DNA from: Octopus sinensis
Taxonomy: Eukaryota
Direction of reading: 5' to 3'
Length of the DNA stretch: 64,000 nt
Assembly (NCBI RefSeq): GCF_006345805.1
Contig: NC_043012.1
Location: 33,108,001 to 33,172,000, forward strand
Shown: piece after piece, positions 26,525-40,679 of the stretch
Layout of the letters: each line of letters opens with the position of its first letter
How positions within the stretch are numbered: the stretch's first letter is position 1
The notes under the pieces: generated by a model
The model's input: only the letters and a program-made list of their open reading frames with translations
The model's database searches: none
Told to the model about the DNA's origin: nothing
Program-made: the position numbers and the translations under genes

Positions 26525-29500
26525 ATGATATGTATAAAACTAGTCGGATATATATCTCTCTCTATATAAACGGCAGTTTGTCTGTGCGTGTTTCTGTGTG
26601 TCTGTTTGCTTGTACCCTCACCACGGCTTTCAACCGATTCTAATGAAACTTGACACACACATAGCCCAATGTCATAATTCAAAACTAACGCACCGAAAAT
26701 TTTGAAAAGTTCCCCCAGTTCTGAAAAAAATCGATAAATTCGACATGGGGTCGAGAATCAGAAACACAAACCAAAAACTGTCTAGGGGACGCAACTCCAA
26801 CTTTTTTAACTCTCAAAAAAATTTACCATCATTTTTTTCCATGTTTTTGCTATTTTTTGGCTATAACTCTCTAAAAATGCTTTATAGTTATTTCCCTTAC
26901 AAACCTGAGCAACGCCGGGCGATACTGCTAGTTTACCAATAAATCTCTCCACATTTTACTTTCAGATCTTGTGCCATCAAAGAATTTAATAGATATCAAC
27001 TGGTGGTCAGAAAACGTAAGATATTTTATTTTAGCCAGTCTGTGTATAGTCCATGCTTAACTTTCCCAGATTCATCACTCTATAATGGTTACATACCACC
27101 ATCACCACTGCCCACCACCATTACGGATTGGCAGCATCATTAGAGCATTGGGCAAAGTGCATTTTTTGTATTTCTACCCTTTGGCATTCAGAATTCTCCG
27201 TCAAATGTAATGCTTATTTATTCACATTGTTTTTCAATTAATCATGCATTATCTTGTAGCTTTGAGATTTTGATGATATGATTTTATATTTTTAGAATAA
27301 CACTGTAGAGTAGATATGAAAAACCAGATCTAGCTGGTTTGAGCATAAAACAGGTAGAATACTTGGGCCAGATATGATTAGTTTAAATGCTAAAGGGTTA
27401 ACCAACTGCACACCCCACAAAAATTTCTGGTGTTGTGCCTATCTTAGAAATCATGATTTTTTTTATTGTGTCTGGGGAGAGTCATTTTATTTTTGTGCCT
27501 TATTATGTAACACACTGGTAAAATTTCCATGTTTTTCTTATTTTTATTGTCCTATAATTTTTGTTGCGTCTTGCAACCTTTTCAATAAAAATAAGAAATA
27601 AGTGGAAGTTTTACTGGTGAGTGTTACATAATAAGGCACAAAAAGAAAATGACTCTCCCCAGATACAATAGAATATGCTTCAACACACAAACTCATATAA
27701 AGAATCTTGCAAACTAAATCCAAAAGCGAAATAATTTTTTTTGCTTTACAAAAGAAAAGAGATTTTAAAATGAATTTGCTTCCTATAAACTCATGGGTAT
27801 TCGTCTGTTTGCTTTATGGTTGAAAAGTTAATAAGTTAAATGTTGATAGGCCAGTTACTGCAAGATTTGTCCTAAGATAACATCTGTTATGGACTTGCTG
27901 TGTTAAAACTGCAATAAATATGAGAAAAAGACAAAAATTCATCCTACTAGTGATCAGCGAGAATGCCAGAGGCATTTGCATTTTGGGGCCTTTTCAGAGG
28001 TGAGTACTCACAGCCAGTGACATGAATGGACAAAAATTCATTATCTCTGATATAGGAAGAAGTGAGGAAACATTCACTGATTTTGTAAATAGCTACTGCT
28101 CTGGTATTTATTGTTGTTTTTGGTACAAATTCATAAGCAATGTTTCAGGATAAATGTTGCAGCAACTGGCTTATCAGCAGTGTGTATACATTGTGTATGA
28201 TACATAGATGGCTATGTTAATTAAATACTACCTCAATTGCATATACCAGATTTTTAACCTAATTATGTTACTCTCTTTTACTAACGTCTGAGTATGTGGG
28301 TATTTTGAAAATACCTCACAGAGTGATGGCCATGCCCTATATAGTTATGGGCTGGCCTTTGACAAGGTATAGTACCCGTTTAGCCCACCCTGCCAGGGAT
28401 GTGGCAAAATCATGGGATTTTGCCAAAGGTGCTTCTTACATTGATTCTGAGTGGGGGAATCCTAGAAGATGAATGGTCAGGGTCACCAAGCTCTATCAAG
28501 AGAGTAACTGCAATGCATCCATAGGAGTGGTGGCCATGGTTGTGTAATCAACTAATGAAAGATTCACTATGACTCAATCTCCCAATTCAAATTCATAATA
28601 ATGGAATTGGATGGAAACAGAGAGTCATGGGAATCTGGGAAAGCAGCAAAAATATAAAAATCCTCCCCCAAAAAACAACAAAAAAATTGAACCTAATATA
28701 AAGTTCCTCTTTCTGAACCAGGATTATCTTAATCTTCTTTCTTTCTTATATTGTTTATATTAGGCTTTGATCCTTGCAAGATGTCCTGGAGCTGTGAGCC
28801 TTGTTTCCACAAATACCCTGAAAAACTTACTTGGTGCCCATCCTGAATGGTTTGAGCCTTCTCCTCGAGTAACCAGCACATATGAGGGAAGATTTCTAGG
28901 TCTAGAGGTAATATTTCTTGCTTTTTTTGTGTTGATGACTTTTTTATTTTTTGACCAGCATTCTAGGCATGACCATCCCATCTTTATTTTTGTACACTTT
29001 GCATCCAAGACTGCATTATTCATCCTTTTTAAGCTGAGTGATCCTAACCTTGTGGGCGTTGGTGCCATGTAGAAAGCACCCATGTCAGTGCCATGTGAAA
29101 GTGTTTGTGCTGGTGTCACATAAAAGCACCCAGTACACTGTGAAGTGGTTGGCTTTAGGAAGGGCATCCAGCTGTAGAAACCAGGCCAAAACCCATGGAG
29201 CCTGGGCAGCTCCATGTCAAACTGTACAAGCCATGTCAGTATGGAGGACAGACATTAAATGAGGATGTACTGTAACCTTTTAGCTGTTGTCTATCTAAAT
29301 ATTGACATGCAGAAGTAGAAACCATATATCCCAGCACCCTCTCTTCTCTGATCACTATAGTTACCTCTTATGTACCTCTATGTCTCCCTCCCCACAACTT
29401 TTCATTTCCTACTCCCTGAGCCAGTGACATAAAATCTCTCCAACTTCTACACTTTCAGAGTGGTTGGCGTTAGGAAGGGCATCCAGCTGTAGAAACACTG

Positions 29501-32500
29501 CCAGATCAGACTGGAGCCTGGTGCAGCCTCCATGGCTTCCAGACCCAGGTCGAACCGTCCAACCCATGCTAGTATGGAAAACGGACGTTAAATAATATAA
29601 TTCTCAAATACTACCTTCATTTGCTCAAGGAGGCTTTTCCCTTTTGCTCTTTTCTGTTTTGCAAGGTGCTTGGCAACCCCACTGCTACCAGTGACATGGA
29701 AAAGCACCCTATACACAATGCAAAGTGGTTAGCATTAGCAAAGGTATCCAGCTGTAGAATGTATGCCAAAGCTGATATGGAGCATGATGCAATGCTGTGG
29801 CTCATCGGATCCTGTCAAATCAGCATGGGAAATGGAGGCTTAGTGATGTTGACTGAAAACATTCACTTGAGAAGGATTAGAAATGCACTGGATACTATGT
29901 ATATGGACTAAGCACTGGATACTATGTATATGGACTAAGCACTGGATACTATGTATATGGACTAAATAATAATTAGTAAAATGATTTGGTACACATGGAA
30001 ACTTGTACATGTTTCTTCTGTTAATATATAAACATTATGACGAATTCAAATCCTCTTGCTTTGTATCTGTTTCAGTGTTCTTGTCGTTTTGTGTCTAAGC
30101 GTCATGCATTGGCACAAAACAGCAGCGGTTCATCATCTGATGATGAACTGTTTGAAGACAGTGACGATGATGAAGATATTTCTTGGATGAGAAAAACCTC
30201 TCAGTACACCAAACAAGTCCTGTATTACGTTACAGACAATGAACGATTTCAACCACTCCGAAAGAAACCAAAGTAAGTAAAAGTGTAATAAACCATTGAT
30301 AGAACATTGCTAGTATTAGAATCAAGATAAGGACATAAATATTTCATCTATGTACAAAAAAAAAAAACTGAGGGGGGTTATAAAAAAATTTTAAGAGATT
30401 TGGAGATACCTTCTAGGCTTAGCTTCATGCACTGGTTGAAAATCATAAAAAAAAATTCTGGGGTTGTTACATTCGATTAAAAATTCTTCAAGGTGGTTCC
30501 CCAGCATGGCTGCAGTCTAATAACGGCAACAAGTAAAGGTTGGGGGTTGGGGTCGATACGTTCAACTAAAAACTCTTCCAGGCGGTGCCTACATCTAATG
30601 ACTGAAACAAATAAAAGGTGAAAAAAAACGAAAAAATAATCGAAAAATATAACCATGTTGCTTTTGTCCACCTTCACACTTTATCTATGGGGCTTTTGTC
30701 TTTCACTCATATCATCATCATCATCATTTAGCGTCCGCTTTCCATGCTAGCAAGGGTTGGACGGTTCAACTGGGGTCTGTGAAGCCAGAAGGCTGCATCA
30801 GGCCCAGTCTGATCTGGCAGTGTTTCTACGGCTGGATGCCCTTCCTAGCGCCAACCACTCCGTGAGTGTAGTGGGTGCTTTTTACGTGCCACCCGCACAG
30901 GTGCCAGACGGAGCTGGCAAACTGCCATGGACGGATGGTGCTTTTTACGTGCCACCGGCACGGGGCCAGGCGAGGCTGGCAATGGCCACGAACGGATGGT
31001 GCTATATATATATATAGCAGGCTGCCAACACTTTTTTCTGCAAAATAGGGGTAGCTTATCTTGTTCAGGCTATAATTCGGTACTACTTGAGAACAGTGGT
31101 CCCGGTGCGCGCACACGCGTACTCGCGCTAGCTAGTCATGACTAGTCGATCCTTACTTTGTGTTTTTGTGTGTTATTTACTTTGTTTAACAAAAATTATT
31201 TACTTTGTGTAAAAAAATTATTTATTTTGTGTTTTATTTACTTTGCTAGGTAGTCATTGTAGGATCGACTAGTCACGACTAGCTAGTACGGATGCGCGAC
31301 TACGCGAGTGCGCGCACTGTTCTCAAGTAGTACCCTTTAATTCTTACGTGGTACACCAAGTTAAGAAAGACTTTCTCCCAATTTTTTCTTTCTTTTTTTT
31401 TTCCCAAAACCCTCGTTTTCGTATACGGAGATTCCGGAAAATTGCCAAAAATCGACATTTTGAAATTTCGCCCTCCCCTTCCCCCACTTCATTTTTGATT
31501 TTTTCTTTTCCCTAACTCTAACCTTAACTACAAAAACTTTTGGAAGATTTTTCAGTATCATGATCTCCTTATTTTTCCGCATATTTAGAAAAAAGAAAAA
31601 AAAAAAAATTCTGAAAAAATAGACGTACACTGGGAGGGGAGGGAGAGGTGTAGTTTATTTTTATTTTTTAAATTGAAATTTTACGGAAATTTTTGGAAAA
31701 TTTTTTTCCAAATCATAATCTCCGCATATTTAAAAAAAAAAAAAAAATTCTGATAAAAGTAAGAAATGAAGAAATTGGGGGGTGAGGTAATTTCAAAATG
31801 CCAATTTTTCTGCAGATTCGTATTCTACGTAGCCGAAAATGGGGGTTTATGTAGAAAAAAAAAATTAAGCGGGGTTGGGGGTTACAAAACGAAATCTTGC
31901 CCCTAGTTTTACTCTAGACGTATTTTTATGTATATGTTGCTTTGGGCCCTACTTTCATTAACTTTGACAGGATATGTAGAACTAAATAACGATATACTTT
32001 TCGTTGTGTGAAGGCGGCGAGCTGGCAGAAACGTTAGCACGCCGGGCGAAATGCGTAGCCGTATTTCGTCTGCCGTTACATTCTGAGTTCAAGTTCCGCC
32101 GAGGTCGACTTTGCCTTTCATCCTTTTGGGGTCGATAGAATTAAGTACCAGTTACGCATTAATCCGTTTGTCTGTCCTTGTTTGTCCCCTCTGTGGGTAG
32201 TAAAGAAATAGACATAGTTTTCGTTGTGTGTGTGTGTGTAGTAGAGCTATTGTTGTAAGTAGCGATTAATATAAAAGTGATTTTAACTAGTTTAGTCAAA
32301 GTCCTATCTATAAAAGACGACAAAGTATCAAAGAACTGACTGAACGAGAGATAATTTTTGTGCAAGTTAATCTCATGAGTTGTGAACAAGAATAGTTTAG
32401 ATAAAAGACAACCACCGTTGAATGCAGTCAGCAATATCTAAGTCAAGTGTATTTCCGATGAACACGAGTATCTGTCGAATCTTCCTTATCTGTTGTGTGT

Positions 32501-35500
32501 AGTCGTTTGAAATTACGTTCACGTTTACATCACATAACAATATGCTGAAATAAGCCTCGAAGTCCAAAAGAATACCTTTTCGAAATAAATATATATATGT
32601 GTGTGTGTGTGTGGAGGCGCAATGTCCCAGTGGTTAGGGCAGCGGACTCGCGGTTTCGACTCCCAGACCGGGCGTTGTGAGTGTTTATTGAGCGAAAATA
32701 CCTAAAAAAAAAAAAGCTCTACAGGGCTCCAGCAGGTGGTAGTGGTGATCCCTGCTGTACTCTTTCGCCACAACTTTCTCTCACTCTTTCTTCTGTTGGC
32801 CTGCTCGCTTAGCCAGCGGGGTGGCGTCATTTGAAGGCTAAAACAATGCGAAGCGCATTGTGACCAGCGATGTCTAGCAACATCTGATAGCCTGGTCGGT
32901 CACGGTGATAATATATATAAACTTTCATTGTTTGAATATAACTCAGCGATTTCTTTCATTTCGTTTTAACTTTGAATTATTAATAGTTTTTTCCCCTCAC
33001 TGTCGTCCCTCTAAAAGAAAGCGATCATTATGAACATTTTTGTAATTGCAATTGTGGATTCCGATAGCTTTCTTATCTATTATTATAGCTTTTTATTTAT
33101 GCATGTCTGAACTCGAGTTTTGCTTTCTTTGTACACATTGAATACCCCAATTCATCCTTTTTTATACCTTTTTCTTTCGTTGAATTTTACTTATCTTTTA
33201 AAAGGAGACTTCAATACTTTATTCGAATCCACCCGGATGAAATAGTGAACAACAACTCGCAAAATAAAAATTAATTGAAAACCGTATGGGACCCAACATA
33301 ACTTGCATTAAAAAGAATGTATATAATTTTCTTTTTATAAATGAATGTTGCCACGAAGGAGCGGTTGTCAAATGATAGATCGTATTTCTGAATATATAAA
33401 GTACTCGAGGTCAAAGTTTTTTAGGTTAGTTATCTCAACTGTGTGTAACACCATTTAGTTAGCAACTCGAGTCTTTATAAGCCGCTTTCATCCATAAAAA
33501 AATGAAATCTTAAAAAAAAAAAGCGAGAGTAAGAGAAGGAAAAAGAAAAGAATATTTAAGCATCTATATAGAAAGAGAGCAGGCTTGGTAGGCACGTGAG
33601 ATGTGAAGCATGCATTGTGTACTAATGCGGTTTAAGGGTTAAGCTCAGCGTATGGATAGATATTCAGTGAAACCGTTGCTGTTCTCTTTGACTAAATGAC
33701 ATGATTCAGCCGAGAGATGTCTGGGAAGAAATTGTGGTGAGACTATCATCATCTCCAACTTTTCTTTTTTTCTACAGACTCGTCAATCGGACTTACCAAC
33801 TTGTATGTTTGCGTTCCACAACTCCAGAAGAATTGTACGCGCAGAAAGTAAGTAGCACGTTGCATAACTCTCTCACATTTTCAATAAGCCTATTAGAGTT
33901 ACTTCCTCTTAATAGAATTTTTTTCTTCGCTCGTGCCTGTAACATGTTCTTTCGTTATTAATTAATTTCAGCTTAATTGCAGTTTAGAGCGTTGCACCGA
34001 CTTTTGTTTTCCATAGTTTTCTTAAAACAGTTCACATTTTTAATGATGTTTGACGATATATTTTGCAAAGCAACGATTATGATGATGTTAAAATTATTTT
34101 TTACTCGGAAAGAAAATAATTTCGTACAATTTTTAACCATTCAGTAATTATAATCATTCAGTAATAATTGATATTATTATTAACACGAATGGGCGAAAAA
34201 AAAATTGCCAGAATACGTTTAACCTTACTTTAATGTTTTGTTATATTTCCATCTGTACTGTATTAAATTAAACGTAAATTGGTATTTTATAAAATCGTGT
34301 CTTCTTATTTCATGTTAATATTTTATCTTGTTATGGTGATAAACAAGTCATACATTATTGAGAACTTTATGAGGGGACATTCGATGGAAGGGGAACGAAA
34401 CGGTAGTTAAGCCTTTATTTCTATGGGCAAATAAAGCAAGACCTTGTTAATTAAAACGGTTCCTGGAAATTGTGTAAATGTTACATCTCTTAACTTCGAT
34501 ATAATCTGGTGCCTTCCATATTTAGTGACAAATAATATCCCTTGTTTTTTTCATCAGAAACAAGAGATATTGTAAATGTTATTTTTTTTGAACAACAAAG
34601 AATAATTAGGTTCTATTTAAGAAGGGTGGTCCCGGTGCGCGTAGTCGCGCATCTGCGCTAGCTAGTCGTGACTAGTCGATCCTACAACGACTACCTAGCA
34701 AAGTAAATAAAACACAAAATAAATATTTTTTTTACACAAAGTAAATAATTTTTTAAACAAAGTAAATAAAATACAAAAACACAAAGTAAGGATCAACTGG
34801 TCACGACTAGCTAGCGCGGATGCGCGAGTGCGCGCACCGGGACCACTCTTCTTAACTAGTACCGAATAATTATCTATTAAATATTAATAGCAGCATCTTG
34901 CCAGAAATTTCATATTGGGGAAAGCAATGTAGGCGTAACTTCGGTATATGTACCGGAAGTACCGGATACATTTCAAGAAAGTGTTTTTTTTTAGGGGTGG
35001 GAGAAAAGGAAATGTAAACAAAGTCACGTGTGTCCCTATACCGAAGGATCGCCAGCAATGTGTCTTGTTATTTTGATTGTCTGAGACATTAAGTACCCGT
35101 AGTCATCAATTAAACATCTAGCATTCAGTTATCTCTCAAACACTTTGTCATATTTTTCACGAGTTTAAGGAGGCGAACTGGCAGAATCGTTAGCGCGCCG
35201 GGCAAAATGCTTAACAACATTTCGTCGGTCTTCACGTTTTGGGTTCAAATTCCCCCAAGGTCAACATTGCCTTTCATTCTTTTGGGGTCGATAGAATAAG
35301 TACCAGTTGATCACTGTTGTCAATGTAATCCATCTATCCCCTTTCCCGAAATTGCTAGTCTTGTGCCAAAATTCGAAATATGTTCCAGGTGTTTAATCAT
35401 AATTTATAGTCTTCTGAGTCATAAATGGCTCGATTCAACTAGCATCAAGCTACCAACAAAATTGGTTGGCAGTTTGTATCCTGTCGCTAACATTCCAAAC

Positions 35501-38500
35501 CATTTTATTCTCAACAACCTAATCCTCCACATAACACACACACACACATTATGAAATGGTAATTATTACAGCTTCATGCTGGAGTATCATGTAGGATTGA
35601 TTACTGTTCTGTAAAAAAAGGGCACCATTCGAGCGTGATCGTTACCAACGTCGCTTTACTGGCACCTGTGCCAGTGGCATGTGTAAAAAGATTCAAGCAA
35701 GGTCGTTGCCAGTATCGCCTGACTGGCCCCCATGCCGGTTGCATGTAAAAAGCACCCACTACACTCAGGGAGTGTAGAAGGGCATCCAGCTGTAGAAACT
35801 CTGCCAGATCAAGATTGGAGCCCGGTGCAGCCATCTGGTTTGCCAGCCCTCAGTCAAAATCGTCCAACCCATGCTAGCATGGAAAGCGGACGTTAAACGA
35901 TGAGTGGACTGGATGATGCTTTTTTAAGTGGCAACAGCCAGGTCACCAAGTAACTTGCAAAACAAGGATCCTTTGGGAGGAGGTGGGTGCAGTATTGGAG
36001 GACATAGCTTTTGTGCCAGGTAATGAGAATCTAGTGTTATGACAGAGGGACACAAACAGGTGTCTTGCTATAGTGGAGATACATGGTTATCCCAGTCAGA
36101 GGGAGAGATATTTATGTGTACATACATATATGTATGTGTATATCTATCTGTCATTTCCTTTACTTTTACATAACTTTATTTTGTCCACTCCCACATAGTT
36201 ACACCAGTAATATTTGTGTGAATTCTATGTATGGCAAAAAAAAAGAAGCTCTCTGGTGTTAATAATAAAGAAATCATTGATGTTGCTGCTGGTGATGTGA
36301 TGTTAACGTTGAGCGAAGTGGTCTTCTGTAGTGAGAGAAGTCCGAAACATGGTCCTTTGCTATTCGTAAGACCCGCAGATGAGAAAGCAGGTCAACCTCC
36401 AACACCGAGAGCAACGGCGGATGGATGAATGCGCATCCAGGCTCAGCGGTTGTGTAGGAAGTCGGGGACAAGAAACAGGAAGAAAGAGTGAGAGAAAGTT
36501 GGGGCGAAAGAGTACAACAGGGGTCGCCACCACCCCCTGGCAGAGCCTTGTGGAGCTTTAGGTGTTTTCACTCAATAAACACACACAACGCCTGGTCTGG
36601 GAATCAAAATCGCGATCCTCCGACTGCGAGTCCGCTGCCCTAACCACTGGGCCATTGCGCCTCTGCTGCTGCTGTTGTTATTAACACTGTTGCATCAACA
36701 AAGCCTAAGACTTTACCACAGTTTTGATAATGAGATCCCTTTTCTATTACCATGCACTACACTTCATATACTACACAATGAAGGCATGTGGTTTAGTGGT
36801 TAAGGTGTTCCACTCACAATTGCAAAGTCATGGTTTCGATTCCCAGACCGGGCATATTGTGTTCTTGAGCGAAACACTTCATTTTACTATACTCTGCAAT
36901 CACTGTGACATCTGACATGTGGCATACTGGCGTACTATGTTCCTGTACAGGCAGTGTCGATTTAATGGAGGGAATGAGCACAAGGAAGTAGCACACATTT
37001 GATCACTCATCATCATCATCGTTTAACGTCCGTTTTCCATGCTAGCATGAGTTGGACAGTTCGACCGGGGTCTGGGAAGCCAGGAGGCTGCAACAGGCTC
37101 CAGTCTGATCTGGCAGTGTTTCTACAGCTGGATGCCCTTCCTAATGCCAACCACTCTGTGAGTGTAGTGGGTGCTTTTTACGTCCCCCTGGCACAGGTGC
37201 CAGGTGAGGCTGGCAACTGCCACAATCGGTTTGAGCTTTTTACGTGGCACGGAAGCCAGTCAAGGCGGCATTGGCATCGGCCATGTTCGGATGGTGCTTT
37301 TTATGTGCCACCGGCACAGGGATCACAACTACAATTTCCATTGATTTTTGATGTTGATGTACTTGACTCAATAGGTCTCCTCAATCGCAGAGTCGAAACG
37401 GTGTTTCTTTACTTGCCACCTGCACAGGAGTCAGTCCAGCGGCACTGGCAAAGGTCGGGTGCCAGTCATAGGATTGGTTCAATTTCGATTCCGATTTTTA
37501 TCTGTGCTGGTTGTTCTGCAAAAACTTGCAGTACCCTCATCTGTAATTTGTGATAGGAGAGTCCATAACACCCCATGTATTTGGTTGAGCAAAAACAAAA
37601 TTTTATTTTTATTTGAAAAGATGCTAATCTCAGCACAGGGAGAAGATTTTTGTGAATGTGAAATGTTAAGTGTTTCAGCCAAGCAGATAATCATAATCTG
37701 ATTTAATGTAATTTGATTGTGTTTTCATAGATTGACAATGAAGAATATGGAGAAGCCCTTGCACTTGCAAAAGCTTATGGTTTGGATTGTGATTTAGTGT
37801 ACCAACGCCAGTGGCAGAAGTCCCCTGTATCTATAGCTTCAATTGAAGATTACTTGGTAAGTCTCTCCTATAATCTCCAAAACATCAGTTCTTCATTAAT
37901 CCTTCTTTAACTTACTATAAGATTTTTATTAAATTGATGGCCTATCCTTTTAGGGTTAGCAGGATTGGATATAATTTACAAGTAAAACAAAATACTTTTA
38001 TAGTAAAGGATTTATTTTGTGGCCTTTATTCAGTGTATCGTTGTTTTGTATTTGTTTTCATTCATTTGATGCTGCTGGTATTGATGAAATGTGCTGGAAA
38101 CAGAACAAGTTTTTAGTTCCTTTACAGTAGATTGTCTCTCCGTCTCATCAGACCTAATCAATATTTATTAACAACTAAAAGGTAAAAGTGTAAAGACTCC
38201 CTTCAGTCAAGAATGACTATGGGATTGCTCATAGTTTCCCTCTGAGGTACAAGTCCAGGTAAGGTTGTTTATGGAAGATCAGCAGTTGCCCATGCATATC
38301 AGCCCCCCCCCTCTCTACGCCACCAGTGTTATCCAAGGGAAAAGCAAAGGCTGATACTGCTTGGCGCCAGTGACGTTGCAACTCATTTCTACATCTGAAT
38401 GAACTGGAGCAACATAAAATAAAATGTTTTGCTCAAGAACACAACACACAGCTCAGTCTGGAATCGAAATCACTATCTCATGATTGTCAGCCCAACACTT

Positions 38501-40640
38501 TAACCACTGAGCCATGTGTTTACTATTAATAACTATTTTGTCTATAATTGACTTGTTTCCAATTGATTTTTCATTTTCCTTTTCAAGTTGAATTATTCTA
38601 TTCTTCTATTGTCAGTTTCAGCCAGGAGTTCTTGTCATGCTGGGTGCACCACCATTAGTGTTTATAACATGTTTGTTTTAGACTCACTTTCTGGTCCTGT
38701 CTCCAGAATTTGTCCATGTGTTTCTTGCCATGATGTGGGTTCGCCTGATTTATTATATAAAAAGTTAATTGTTCTTTGAATTCATCCACATTTACACCTC
38801 GTAGATTTCCGAGACCTTTTGACAAAACATCGAAAAGTTGTGGGCCTTTGAACCCTAAGCTGTTACAGTATTGGGTTCTTACTCTGGACAGAGAAGGTGA
38901 GACTTTGGTAGTTTGCAGTGGGATCCATTCTAGTGATTGGTATAGTTCTCACTCCCAAAGCTGGGTGATAGATCTTCCAGGATTTTTCATATACATACGT
39001 ACATCCATCCATCCATCCATCCATCCAATTAATCAATCAATCAATCAACCAACCAATCAATCAATCAATCACTGCATGTCTTTTGTCTCTTCTTTTCAGG
39101 GAGTAGAGCCTCAGCTCTTTTAGTCTTTCCTAGTAGTCTGTTTGTTGCACTTAGGCAATATTCTTGATGTAGCAGCTTGGATTACCTTGAATTATTTTTC
39201 CATGTTCATTACATACTATGTCTACTAATATTTATTATAGCTACTAATATATTTACTATGGCTACTAGTATCTACTAAATTTTTGATATTTTTATTTCCT
39301 TCTCTCATTTCCTATTCATTGTCGTTATATTTGTGTATCGGCAAGTCAGATTTTGATGGCTACTAAGAAAAGCTGGTTTATATTTTAGCGTAAAATAAGC
39401 AAACGTTCCTGGGTCCTTCATGAATGTCTTGAACGAGTACCAGAAACCATAAATGCTCTCCGAGAACTGATGGAATACGGACTGAAAGGAACCGATTTAC
39501 AAGCCATGATTGCAATTGCCAAAAGAGAAGATGGAGGAAGGTAAATGGGAATTTGAAATTGAAATGTATTTAGGTTAAGATATGAGTTGAATAAGTCTAG
39601 GTTTTCATTCATCTGTGCTAGCGGGGTGCAACGAGCACCATACGAGTATGATCATTGACAGAGCGACTAACCGGCTTCTGTGCCAGTGGCACATAAAGAG
39701 GGCACCATTTGAGTGTGATCGTTACCAGTGTTACCTTACTGGCATTTGTGCCCGTGCTAGTAGGGTGCCAAGAGCACTATCCAAGCATGATTGTTGCCAG
39801 AGCAGCCAACTGGCTTCCGTGCCGGTGGCACGTAAAAGGGCACCATTCGAGTGTGATCGTTACCAACGTCACCTTACTGGCACCTGTGCTGGTGGCATGA
39901 GTAAAAAGATTCGAGCGAGGTCATTGCCAGTACCGCCTGACTGGCCCCTGTGCCAGTGGCACGTAAAAGCACCAACTACACTCTCGGAGTGGTCGGCGTT
40001 AGGAAGGGCATCCAGCTGTAGAAACTCTGCCAGATCAGATTGGAGTCTGGTGCAGCCATCTGGTTCGCCAGCCCTGTCAAAATCGTCCAACCCATGCTAG
40101 CATGGAAAGCGGACGTTAAACAATGATAATGATGATGATGATAAATATTGACTTGACCAGCTACATCTCATCCATTTTACTGATAAACTGTTTCCAAATA
40201 TGTTTATAACTTAATTTGTTGAATTATCTTTCAGGCTAGTGATGTGTGATGATGAGGATTTAATATACGACAGTGATGAAGAGGAAGATTATGATCCTTT
40301 CAGTCCACTTTGCATTCAAAGAAGACAAGATAAAATATTTCAAAGAAGAGAAGAATTGCTCAATCAGATAGATTTTCAGTCGTGAGTATATACACACTGT
40401 ATGTATATATGAGGTTTTTGTTACAAGCTGACCACTTGATAAAATCATTGAAGTGATTTTATTCTTAATTCTATAATGAATATAAATAAAGATATTTTTG
40501 CTCCTGATCAAAATCGCATTTGCTGTGATATTATTATTTTGATAAATAGCATGTGGTTGAAATGAAAAATGTAAATTCAACTTTCACTAGTATATACGTG
40601 CAAATTGTATATGTATGGTTGTGCGGCTTTGGTGTTCATA

Positions 40641-40679
<39 letters not shown>

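Noticed and set aside
31360-31900. Purine/pyrimidine-skewed block resembling the inside of a DNA transposon (similar texture at 30350-30660 and 5130-5380)
   Set aside because: No termini, TSD or ORF identified; left unclassified
36999-37553. 184-aa ORF, and similar ORFs with LQLDALPNANHS (24457, 30757, 39615, 39869, 44360, 62562)
   Set aside because: These are chance frames through the family A repeat. They recur wherever the repeat does and have no recognisable protein motif.
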